NCBI GenBank assembly: GCA_036785375.1
Contig: JAWMAR010000026.1
Span: forward strand, 12,028,001 to 12,092,000
DNA length: 64,000 nt
Direction of reading: 5' to 3'
Origin: Leucoraja ocellata
Taxonomy: Eukaryota
This document shows positions 1 to 11,518 of the stretch, one piece after another. The position numbers were made by a program, and so were the translations under genes. The notes under the pieces are model-generated. The model was given only the letters and a program-made list of their open reading frames with translations. It was not told the DNA's origin and ran no database searches. Position 1 is the stretch's first letter. Every line of letters starts with the position of its first letter.

Positions 1-138
1 CCCACATATTAAAACCAGTAAAGATGGATGACAAAACATTCAACAGGTTGCTTCTCTGTGCCTTATAGCGTGTTCTACATTCTGACGGAAATTTGCAAGC
101 TCTACAAATATTCGTACCACACTTCAGCACAGTCTTCA

Positions 139-556
139 TAAGTTCATAGGTCATGGGAGCAGAGGTAAGCCATTTGCACCTTGAGTATACTCCAACATTC
201 ATTCTTGGCTGATTTATCTTTTCACCTCAAACCCATTCTCCCAATTCTCATAACCTTTGAGACTCTTAAAAATCAAGTATATGTCGGTCTATGCCTTAAA
301 ATTGTTCATTGACGGCCTCCGCAGCCTTCTGTGGAAATTAATTCCACAGATTCACTACCCTCTAACGAAAGAACTTCATCCTCATCTCCTTTCTAAAGGT
401 ATGTCCTTTTATTCTGCATTTCTCGACTCTCTCATCAGTGGAAACATCCATTCTATCCAGGCCTTTCACTACTCGGTTAGTTTCAATGAGGTCCCCTCTC
501 ATTCTTCTAAACTCCAACAACTACAGGCAAAGTGCCATCAAACACGTATCATATGT
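139..556 (-). mobile_element. Old CR1/HER1 3' fragment that hosts the young CR1; resumes at 4505
   Basis: Reverse complement of a CR1 3' end; continuous with the sequence after 4505. Confidence 0.75.
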
Positions 557-562
557 TAACCC

Positions 563-3500
563 TGAAGGGCCGTGTTGGGGAACTGGAGAAGCAAGTGGAT
601 GACCTCCGGTTCGTCCGAGAAACGGAGTCGTTCCTCGACAAGTCCTACAGTACGATTGTTACACCTAAGGTACTGGAAGAGAGAAGGTGGGAGACAGTGA
701 GAAAGGGAGGGAAGCATGGAATGCCAACGTCCCCGGGTGGTGTACCACTTGTAAACAGGTTCATCCGCTTAGAAGCTGTTGGGACAGAAGACGTGAGCGG
801 CGGACTGGCTTGCGATGTGAATAGGGCTGTTGAGCCAAAACCAAAAAGGCCTAAGGCAGGCAAGGCCATTGTAGTGGGAGACTCCATCGTGAGAGGTACG
901 GACAGGGGTTTCTGCTGCAACAGACGGGATGTGAGGATGGTGTGCTGCCTTCCCGGTGCCAGGATCCAGGATGTCACAGACAGAGTGCAGAAAATCCTTA
1001 AGGGCGAAGGTGAACATCCGGAAGTGGTAGTGCATGTCAGCACAAACGATCTCGGAAAAAAGGGGATGAATATTCTGCAGCGTGACTTTAGAGAGCTCGG
1101 AAAAATGTTGAAAAGCAGGCCTCCAGGGTTGTTATCTCCGGTTTGCTTCCAGTTCCCCGTGCTGGCGAGAGCAGGAACAGGGAGATACGGGACCTGAACG
1201 TGTGGCTGAGGAACTGGTGCACGGGGCAGGGATTTAGATTCTTAGATCACTGGGATCTGTTTTGGGGTAAGGGGGAACTGTACAAAAGGGACGGATTGCA
1301 TCTTAACAGGTGTGGGACCAGCATTCTGGCAGGCAGGTTTGCCACTGCTACACGGGTGGCTTTAAACTGAATAAGGGGGGTGGGGTGTTGAATGGGATAG
1401 TGGAGGATGGAGTTAAAGGGAAAGGGTTTCTTAAATGTGTGAAGCGTAGAGACCGAGGGGTGTAAAATGAGGGTAGAAGAAATAGGTAGCAAGGTGGAAA
1501 GTAAAAGTGGCAGGCAGACAAAACCAGGGCAAAAATCAAAAAGGGCCACTTTTCAACATAATTGTATAAGGGGTAAGAGTGTTGTAAAAACAATCCTGAA
1601 GGCTTTGTGTCTCAATGCAAGGAGCATTCGTAATAAGGTGGATGAGTTGAATGTGCAGATAGCTATTAATGACTATGATATAGTTGGGATCACGGAGACA
1701 TGGCTCCAGGGTGACCAAGGCTGGGAGCTGAACATCCAGGGATATTCAATATTCAGGAGGGATAGACAGAAAGGAAAAGGAGGTGGGGTAGCGTTACTGA
1801 TTAGAGAGGGGATTAATGCAATGGAAAGGAAGGACATTAGTTTGGAGAATGTGGAATCAGTATGGGTAGAGCTGCGAAACACTAAGGGGCAGAAAACGCT
1901 GGTGGGTGTTGTGTACAGGCCACCTAGTAGAAGTAGTGAAGTTGGAGATGGTATCAAACAGGAAATTAGAAATGCGTGCGACAAAGGCAAAACAGTTATA
2001 ATGGGTGACTTCAATCTACATATAGATTGGGTGAATCAAATTGGCAGGGTGCTGAGGAAGAGGATTTCTTGGAATGTATGCGGGATAGTTATCTAAATCA
2101 ACATGTAGAGGAACCAACGAGAGAGCAGGCTATTTTAGACTGGGTATTGAGTAATGAGGAAGGGTTAGTTAGCAATCTTGTTGTACGTGCCCCTTGGGCA
2201 AGAGTGACCATAATATGGTTGAGTTCTTCATTAGGATGGAGAGTGACATTGTTAATTCAGAAACAATGGTTCTGAACTTAAAGAAAGGTAACTTTGAGGG
2301 TATGAGACGTGAATTGGCCAAGATTGACTGGCAATTAATTCTAAAAGGGTTGACGATGGATATACAATGGAAGACATTTAAAGACTGCATGGATGAACTA
2401 CAAAAATTGTTCATCCCAGTTTGGCAAAAGAATAAATCAGGGAAGGTAGTACATCCATGGATAACAAGGGAAATCAGGGATAGTATCAAAGCGAAGGATG
2501 ATGCGTACAAATTAGCCAGAAAAAGCAGCATACCAGAGGACTGGGAGAAATTCAAAGACCAGCAGAGGAGGACAAAGGGCTTAATTAGGAAAGGAAAAAT
2601 AGATTATGAAAGAAAACTGGCAGGGAACATAAAAACTGACTGCAAACGTTTTTATAGATATGTGAAAAGACAGAGATTAGTTAAAACAAATGTAGGTCCC
2701 TTGCAGTCAGAAACAGGTGAGTTGATCATGGGGAACAAGGATATGGTGGACCAATTGAATAACTACTTTGGTTCCGTCTTCACTAAGGAAGACATAAATA
2801 ATTTGCCGGAAATAGCAGGGGACCACGGGTCAAAGGAGTTGGAGGAATTATGTGAAATCCAGGTTAGCCGGGAAGTGGTGTTGGGTAAATTGAATGGATT
2901 AAAGGCCGATAAATCCCCAGGGCCAGATAGGCTGCATCCCAGAGTACTTAAGGAATCAGCTCCAGAAATAGTGGATGCATTAGTAATAATCTTTCAAAAC
3001 TCTTTAGATTCTGGAGTAGTTCCTGAAGATTGGCGGGTAGCAAACGTAACCCCACTCTTTAAGAAGGGAGGGAGAGAGAAAATGGGGAATTACAGACCAG
3101 TTAGTCTAACATCGGTAGTGGGGAAACTGCTAGAGTCAGTTATTAAAGATGGGATAGCAGCACATTTGGAAAGTGGTGAAATCATTGGACAAAGTCAGCA
3201 TGGATTTACGAAAGGTAAATCATGTCTGACGAATCTTATAGAATTTTTCGAGGATGTAACTAGTAGCGTGGATAGGGGAGAACCAGTGGATGTGGTGTAT
3301 CTTGACTTCCAGAAGGCTTTCGACAAGGTCCCACAAAAGAGATTAGTATACAAACTTAAAGTACACGGCATTGGGGGTTCAGTATTGATGTGGATAGAGA
3401 ACTGGCTGGCAAACAGGAAGCAAAGAGTAGGAGTAAACGGGTCCTTTTCACAATGGCAGGCAGTGACTAGTGGGGTACTGCAAGGCTCAGTGCTGGGACC

Positions 3501-4504
3501 CCAGCTATTTACAATATATATTAATGATCTGGATGAGGGAATTGAAGGGAATATCTCCAAGTTTGCGGATGACACTAAGCTGGGGGGCAGTGTTAGCTGT
3601 GAGGAGGATGCTAGGAGACTGCAAGGTGACTTGGATAGGCTGGGTGAGTGGGCAAATGTTTGGCAGATGCAGTATAATGTGGATAAATGTGAGGTTATCC
3701 ATTTTGGTGGCAAAAACAGGAAAGCAGACTATTATCTAAATGGTGGCCGACTAGGAAAAGGGGAGATGCAGCGAGACCTGGGTGTCATGGTACACCAGTC
3801 ATTGAAAGTAGGCATGCAGGTGCAGCAGGCAGTGAAGAAAGCGAATGGTATGTTAGCTTTCATAGCAAAAGGATTTGAGTATAGGAGCAGGGAGGTTCTA
3901 CTGCAGTTGTACAGGGTCTTGGTGAGACCACACCTGGAGTATTGCGTACAGTTTTGGTCTCCAAATCTGAGGAAGGACATTATTGCCATAGAGGGAGTGC
4001 AGAGACGGTTCACCAGACTGATTCCTGGGATGTCAGGACTGTCTTATGAAGAAAGACTGGATAGACTTGGTTTATACTCTCTAGAATTTAGGAGATTGAG
4101 AGGGGATCTTATAGAAACTTACAAAATTCTTAAGGGGTTGGACAGGCTAGATGCAGGAAAATTGTTCCTGATGTTAGGGAAGTCCAGGACAAGGGGTCAC
4201 AGCTTAAGGATAAGGGGAAAATCCTTTAAAACCGAGATGAGAAGAACGTTTTTCACACAGAGTGTGGTGAATCTCTGGAACTCTCTGCCACAGAGGGTAG
4301 TTGAGGGCAGTTCATTGGCTATATTTAAGAGGGAGTTAGATGTGGCCCTTGTGGCTAAGGGGATCAGGGGATATGGAGAGAAGGCAGGTACGGGATACTG
4401 AGTTGGATGATCAGCCATGATCATATTGAATTGCGGTGCAGGCTCGAAGGGCCGAATGGCCTACTCCTGCACCTAATTTCTATGTTTCTATGTTTCTATG
4501 TTTC
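563..4504 (+). mobile_element. Young, near-full-length CR1 (HER1-like) LINE: 5'-truncated ORF1 (coiled coil + SGNH esterase) and ORF2 (APE endonuclease + RT), with three 1-nt frameshifts
   Basis: ORF1 VVGDSIVRG/CLPGA/DGLHLN; ORF2 GITETW, GGGV, MGDFN, SDH, QGSVLGP, FADD; 3' (TTCTATGT)n tail; flanked by TAACCC at 557-562 and 4505-4510. Confidence 0.95.
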
Positions 4505-5760
4505 TAACCCAATCATACCGGGAACATGCTCAGTAACCACCTTATGATCCTCTCCAATGCCATCAAATCCTGCCTTAGATTGCTCTGGCTCTCGAGTCCC
4601 AGCAATATCCTCATAAATCATCTCTGCACCATTTCCAACTACACAATATATTTCCTGTAACATAGTGGCCAGAACTGAACACAATACTCTAAAGGTGGCC
4701 TCACCAACATCTTATTATCTGCCAAATGACCACCCAAGTTCCATACTCAATACTCTGATGAAGAGCAATGTGCCGAAAGGTTTTTGGCCACCCCATCTTC
4801 CTGTGGTGCCACTTTCAAGGAACTATGTACCTGCACCATCCCTCTGCTCTACAACACGACCTCAAGCCCTACAATTCACCGTGTAGTTCCTGCCCATGTT
4901 CGTTTTCTGAAAATGTAGCAATTCACATTTCTCTGTATTCAATTCAATCAACCATTCTTCAGACAAAATGCCCAACCGATCAAGATCCTGCTGCCATTTT
5001 TGACCACCATCTTCACTATTTACAACATCACCCACTTCTGTTTCATCCACAAACTTGCTAATCATGCCATGTACGTTCTCATTCAAATCATTGATATAGA
5101 TGACAAGCAGCAATGTGTCCGGCACTGATCCCTGAGGCACACCATCAGTCACGATTCGAGTCTGAAAAGCAATCTTGCTGCATCACTATCTGCTTTCTTC
5201 TATTAAGCCAATTTGCTATCCATTCAGCGATCTCTCCTTGGATCCCATGGGCTCTAACCTGCTAGAGGAGACTACCATGTGGAACCTTGTCGAATACCGT
5301 GCTGAAATCCATATATACAACATCTGCAGTTCTACCCTCATCAACCTTTTTGGTCACATCTTGAAAAAACACAATCAGATTCGTGCAACACACGTGCAAA
5401 CCATGCTGACCATCCATAATTAGCCTCTGTCCATCTAAATGCACGAATATCTTCTCCCTCAGAATGCCCTCTAGTAACTTTACCACCAGATGTTAATCTC
5501 ATTGGCAAGTATCCCTGCGGCCATTCTTGAATAGAGGCACAACATTTGCCACCCGCCAGTCTTCTGGTGCATATTAAATGACGACTCATAAATCTCAGCC
5601 AGGGCACCTGCAATTTCTTCTCTTGCTTCTCACACGGATATGTCTGATCAGGCCGGGAGATTGGTCGACCTTCAGACTTGGCAAGGCCTTCAGCACCTCC
5701 TCCACTGTAATACTGACTGTTCTCAAGATCTTCCGTTGACTGCCCCAAGTCCCCCAGTCC
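4505..5760 (-). mobile_element. Degenerate CR1 RT fragments
   Basis: Minus-strand peptides GVPQGSV..IYINDL..ISKFVDET and DVVYMDFS..FDKVPH. Confidence 0.85.
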
Positions 5761-6016
5761 CCATGGCTATCCTCTCGCGGAGAAATACTCGTTTGGGACA
5801 TTGCCCAACATTGCCCATGTTGAACCGTTATTCTCGGGATCAAAATGTGAACAAGCGTCACGTGATCTCTTATCACCACTATCTCAATCCACAGTGTTGG
5901 CAGGAAGTCTACCAACCTGGACAGAAGCGCTAGTAACTCCAGGTGAAATTATTGTTTGAACATCCCAACGAAGAGTGGTGATTTGTTACTCTAACTAAGC
6001 CGATAGGCCATGTTTC

Positions 6017-6575
6017 TAGAAAGAAAAGAGGAGGAGGAGCCCGAAGGCTGGGGGATGGGAGGAGACAGCAGGAGGGCTGAAGAAGGGGAGGAGATAGCAG
6101 GGATTAACAACATTGGAAGAATTCAGAGAGGTCGGATACTGAGTGGGTGGGGCAGTTGAAGTGCTGAGCCACCAGGAGGTCAGGTTGGTGGTGGCTCGGC
6201 ACTTCAACTCCCCCTCCCACTCCTTATCTGACCTCTCTGTCCTGGGTCCCCTCCATGGCCAGAGCGAGCAACACCGGAAATTGGAGGAACAGCACCTCAT
6301 ATTCCGCTTGGGGAGTCTGCATCCTGGGGGCATGAACATTGAATTCTCCCAATGTTGTTAGTCCTTGCTGTCTCCACCCCTTCCTCAGCCCTCCTGCTGT
6401 CTCCTCACATCTCCCAGCCTTCGGGCTCCTCCTCATTTTTCCTTTCTTCTCCCCGCCCCCCCCCCCCCCCCCCCCCATCAGTCTGAAGAAGGGTTTTGGC
6501 TAAACGTTGCCTATTTCCTTGGCTCCATAGATGCTGCTGCACCCGCTGAGTTTCTCCAGCTTTTTTGTGTACCTA
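6017..6575 (+). mobile_element. Penelope-like element 3' end (GIY-YIG C-terminus + pseudo-LTR) with an inverted partial pLTR upstream
   Basis: VARHFNSPSHS..RKLEEQHLIFRLGSLHPGGMNIEF; 6017-6125 is the reverse complement of ~6340-6450. Confidence 0.8.
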
Positions 6576-6656
6576 CGAGGGAGAATCTGTCGCCCTCCGC
6601 CCTGCCAGTGACGGAGGTGATGATTGTGAAGTTTAGACCATTTCGCATATATACAT

Positions 6657-7500
6657 ATCAATCAATCAATCAATATTTATTACTTGTCATTTGAACCTCA
6701 GTGAGTCTCAAACGAAACTCCGTTTCCACAGCCATACAAACAAAGACAATTTCCTACAGACATACACACAATTCAATTTACAAAAACATCCATCACAGGA
6801 TGGAAGGCAAAGTCTTTTCTCTCCCCTGTTCTCCATTTCTCTCCCGTGTCGAGCCTCAGGCTAGCGATGATAAATCCCACGGCCATTTTAGGCCGTGCCG
6901 GGCGATTTACGGCCCCGCTTCCGGTCTAAATGTCACAAAGTTGGAGCCTCCGGCAGGCGCTGGAATGTCCCACGGCCATTATTGCCGCGCCGGGCGATGT
7001 ACGGCCCCGCTCCGGGCCGTTCCAACCCCGCGACACGGGCTGGAGAAGTCGCGTTGCGGGAGCTCCGGAAATCGGTCTCTCCACCCGGACCCGCGAGCTC
7101 CCTATAACCCGACAGTCCACCGGACCTGCGGCTGCAGCTGGAGCCTCCGAGCTACGTGGTCGGGCCGCAGCAGCGAGTCACCACCGCCCCCCACGCTCCG
7201 ATGCTGGTCAGCCCCACGATGGTAAGTCCGCAGCTCCGCAGGCTCCGTGACTGGAGCCTCCAGGTCGTTCCAGCTGGAGGCCGCTCCACGGTGCTCGGCC
7301 CCAATGACAACGGAGACCCGACATGAAAAAGGTCGGGTCTCCCGTACAGGGAAGAGCTTGTAAAAAGTCCCCCGCCCCCACATATACACAGTTAAAAACA
7401 CTATTAAAAACACGAACAACTACATTTAACGAGACAAAAAATAAAAAAAAGACAGGCAGGCTGTAGGGGCCGCTGCAACAGTGAGTCGCGTCGCCACCAA
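6657..7500 (-). mobile_element. GC-rich non-autonomous retroelement (related copies at 10210-10490 +, 30451-30670 -, 30753-31505 -)
   Basis: Clear internal similarity to 30753-31505; ends on the minus strand in AATAAA plus a (TTGA)n tail. Confidence 0.65.
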
Positions 7501-7552
7501 TATGGTGGCATGATGCGAACTCCACCCCCAAGAAAAAGATGTATAGAAACTA

Positions 7553-9480
7553 GCATGGCAACCACTGGAAGTGGGAATAATGGCAGGTTGCAGCATCTCC
7601 CCGCTAGCCTTCACCATGGCGATGGAAGTGATCATCCGAGCTTCCAAGTGGGTCGTAGAAGGAGAGCGGATGCAGTCCGGGCAGCGGCTATCCCCCATTC
7701 GCGCCTACATGGATAACATGACCACCCTGGCCTCAACCATGGTATGTACCAAGCGCCTGCTGGAAAAGCTTCATGCGAACATGACATGGGCCCGGATGAA
7801 GTTGAAACCCAGCAAATTCAGGAGCATGTCCATCAGGAGGAAAAATCGAAGACATGCGATACCACATTGATGAAACACCCATTCCGATGGTGTCAGTCAA
7901 GAGTTTAGGACGGTGGTACAACGCAAGCCTCAAAGATTCAGACCTGTGTGACCAGCTTAGGGAAAAAACCATCAAAGGCCTTGCTAGCATTGACAAGACC
8001 TCACTTCGTGGTAAGCTGAAACTGTGGTGCCTGCAGTTTGGATTGCTCCCCTGTCTGATGTGGCCTCTGACGGTCTACGAGGTCTCCATCGCCAAAGTCA
8101 AGAAGTTGGAGAGGACAGTCAGTTCATACATCAAGAAGTGGCTTGGACTCCCGCGTTGCCTCAGCAACATCGGCTTGTTTGGAGACAGAGCTCTGGAACT
8201 GCCTGTCTCTAGCCTCCCAGAAGAATACAAATGCACCAAAGTGAGGCTGGACATGAGCCTGACAGAGTCTCGAGATGAAGCGGTACGAGCGGCTGCTCCC
8301 AGACTGGCAACTGGGAGGATGTGGACCCCATTGGAGGCTGTACAGCAAGCAAAATCCGCTCTCAGGCATGGAGACACTGTAGGGCAAGTGCAGCAGGGAA
8401 GAGGTGGGATTGGACTCGGGACAAGTCGACCCACATGGTACAAGGCAACATCCACCCAAAGAAGAAAGCTGGTAGTTACTGAGGTCCGTCAGCAAGAGGA
8501 GGCAGAGAGATGCGCAAAGGCAGTCTCACAGTCCAAACAGGGCCAGTGGACTACCTGGGAAAACATGGAGCATCGTAAGCTTACCTGGAAGGGTCTGTGC
8601 GAGATGGAAGGAAGCCGTCTTAGCTTCATCGTCAAGCCACCTACGATGTTCTTCCCACACCCAAGAACCTAAACCAGTGGATTGGAGAAGATCCATCATG
8701 TTCTCTCTGTCAAACCCCAGAAACATTAAGGCACATCCTCACTGCTACACCTGGAGGCACAATCAGGTCCTGCGACAACTGGCGATTACCTTGGAAGGAA
8801 GGAGAACTACCACCAATGCCCTCCCTGCCCCAACGCCGGGTTTCTCAAACACCATCCCTTTGGTTAAAGCAGGACAGCTTCCAGAGAAGCCATTTGCAAG
8901 TAGGAAACCGACCCTCCTAGACACTGCCCGGGACTGGAAAATGCAGGCTGATCTAGACTAGAAGCTCATCTTTCCACCAGAGATCATCACAACTAATCTC
9001 AGGCCGGACCTGATCTTGTGGTCAACCTCATGGAAGTCCCTGTACATCGTGGAGTTAACTGTGCGTTGAGAGGCTGCAGTTGGTGAAGCGCATGAACGCA
9101 TGAAGTATTCAGACTTAGCAGCCAAGGCAGAACAACGCGGCTGGTGTACCCAATTGCACCCTGTAGAGGTTGGTTGTAGAGGGTTTGTAGCCATGTCAAC
9201 AACCAGACTCCTGAAGGACAGGCCTTCCGGCAAGCCGTCGGGTCGCTGTGAGAGGCAGCCGAGCGAAGCAGCAACTGGCTGTGGCTGAAGAGGAAGGACT
9301 CCAACTGGACTGCAAAATGACCAGCAAGAGGGGTAAAGCGGAGGGGAGCGCACCTGGGACGCCAGCTGTTGCTGTTGAGCCCTCTGGGGGTGTCGTGGGT
9401 CTATCAACGAAACACCAAGGAGGGAGGGTGCCCACCTGATGACACCAATTATGTCTTTACCCCTACCCCCTCAAGATATT
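7553..9480 (+). mobile_element. 5'-truncated RLE-type non-LTR retrotransposon (HERO/NeSL-like), degenerate
   Basis: RT GIMAGCSISPLAF..AYMD(N)MTT; YTWRHNQVL; restriction-like endonuclease LRPDLILWS..IVELTV..KYSDL..VEVGCRGF; several frameshifts and stops. Confidence 0.85.
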
Positions 9481-9710
9481 AAGAAGGTGCCAATTGTTGT
9501 GGGGATTGCAATATCAAGTCCTTTAAGCTCAATTCCATGTCAATACCCTACCAGCAATACCATGTGCTCTAATTTTGCACACTAAACTCTTGTGTGAGTC
9601 CTTGTCAAAGTATTTTTGAAAGTCCAGATACACCACATCCACTCGCACTCCCTTATCCATTATACTTGTTATATCCTCGAAAAAATCCAAAAGATTAGTC
9701 AAACATTATA

Positions 9711-10060
9711 TCAGATTCAGATTCAGATTCAACTTTAATTGTCATTGTCAGTGTACAGTACAGAGACAACGAAATGCAGTTAGCATCTCCCTGGAAGAGC
9801 GACATAGAATATGATTTCAATAAATTAATCTATTTACATGTATACAGACATAGTGTTTTTTCTGTGGGAGGAGTGTCCGGGGGGGGGGGGGGGGGGGGGG
9901 TGGTGATTGGCAGTCACCGAGGTACATTGTTGAGGAGTGTGACAGCCTCAGGGAAGAAGCTGTTCTTGGACCTGCTGGTCCGGCAACGGAGAGACCTGTA
10001 GCGCCTCTCGGATGGTAGGAGGGTAAACAGTCCGTGGTTGAGGTGAGAGCAGCCCAGTCC
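9711..10060 (-). mobile_element. Rex1/Babar LINE 3' end
   Basis: Minus-strand frame LFTLLPSERRYRSL..SKNSFFPEAV; (TGAATC)n tail. Confidence 0.7.
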
Positions 10061-11149
10061 TATATCCCCTTCTTAAATCCATGCTGACTTTGACCGATTC
10101 TGTCACTACTTTCCAAATGTGCTGCTGTTACACCTGTTACATCCATGCTTTTTAGGGCCACCTCCGTGAGTATGGGATGCAGACCATCTGGCCCTGGGGA
10201 TTTATTAACGTCCACCGGGTCGCTGCTTCGCCGGCTGCGGGAGCTTCGATCGCACCGACTGCAGATGGTTCGACTGCCCCGATCGCGGGAGAATAAAGAA
10301 GGAAGATTAGACTTTGTTGCCTGTGACACAGTGAGGAATGTGGGGAATCCCAGGTTGTGGATGTATACGTTAACTTTTATGTAGTTGTGTGTCTTGTTCC
10401 ATTTTTTAGTATGGCCGTATGGTAAACCGAGTTTCACTGTACATTATTAATTGGTACTCGTGACAATAAAACACATTTGAAACCTTTGAATCCTTTTATC
10501 TGCCATTAGGCCTAACAGTTTACCTCACACAATTTCCTCACTAATGTGGATTCCCTTTAGTTCCTCCCTCCCACTAGATCCTCAGTCCCCCGGTATATCT
10601 GGAGTATCTCCAGTATTTAAGAAACTAGATCGGCATCATTGGGCTCACAGGTATTCTCGCATTCCATGACGCTTCTTCTCGATAGCTGTCGAAAGTTGAA
10701 GTGACTCTGATGAGCAGTGGACAATATCGGTGCCAATAGCAACAAAATCTGAATCTTGATCCTAGTACCGATTCTTCCTCTGCTTTATGGTCCTGGTGCA
10801 TTCGGCAATGACCTTCTTTTACCTTTTAGTTCTACTATTCGGACTTGTCATTTCCATCTGTTGTTGTACTTGGATACAGCTGCGATTATGGCAAAATATT
10901 GTATAACCCGATGCGAGATCAATTACAATGGCGTCCAGTAAAACAGGGGTCCCTTAATTAAATTATTGCACGTTTTGTAATTATCGGCGCATATTGACCC
11001 GTACTCTCGGTAATCTCGCCCTGATCTCTGGCATTTAGGAATTCCCCAACTCCGATAATTCGCTAGTTTAATTGCGATCTAAGATCGAAATTCTACAATG
11101 ATTTTCAAAAACCTTCTCTCTTCGCTTTCGCCCTGCAGACAAGACCTCC

Positions 11150-11277
11150 CAAGAAGGGTTTCGGCCCGAAACGTTGCCTGTTTCCTTCGCTCCATAGATG
11201 CTGCTGCACCCGCTGAGTTTCTCCAGCATTTTTGTGTACCTTCGATTTTCCCTCATCTGCAGTTCCTTCTTAAACAC
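11150..11277 (+). repeat. Solo Penelope pseudo-LTR-derived short repeat, ~200 bp upstream of the gene A ATG
   Basis: Near-identical to 6485-6575 and to the reverse complement of 41465-41593. Confidence 0.75.
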
Positions 11278-11472
11278 CTCCCAAACATTATTTTGTTAGT
11301 TACCTGCTGCACTCTTATTTATGTTCCTTCATCAGCGAATGCGAAGTGTAGTCCCACCCACCTAAGAAAAGCGGTAAACGTCATCGCAACACATTTCAAA
11401 GTAACCATTGCTTAGAGTGAATATCGTAGTGAGGCATCAGTTGAATGATTTGCTCGGAATGTTAAAACTGCA

Positions 11473-11518
11473 ATGTTTCTGGTCCTGATTCTGTCTCTCT
11501 CCGTGATTATTTTCACAG
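11473..11518 (+). CDS. Gene A exon 1, signal peptide [15 protein letters not shown]
   Basis: ATG, hydrophobic leader, phase-1 donor CAG|GTACAT; typical IgSF leader exon. Confidence 0.85.

Noticed and set aside
6701-7531. Several overlapping 100-174 aa ORFs
   Set aside because: GC-rich repeat with few stop codons; no recognisable domain.
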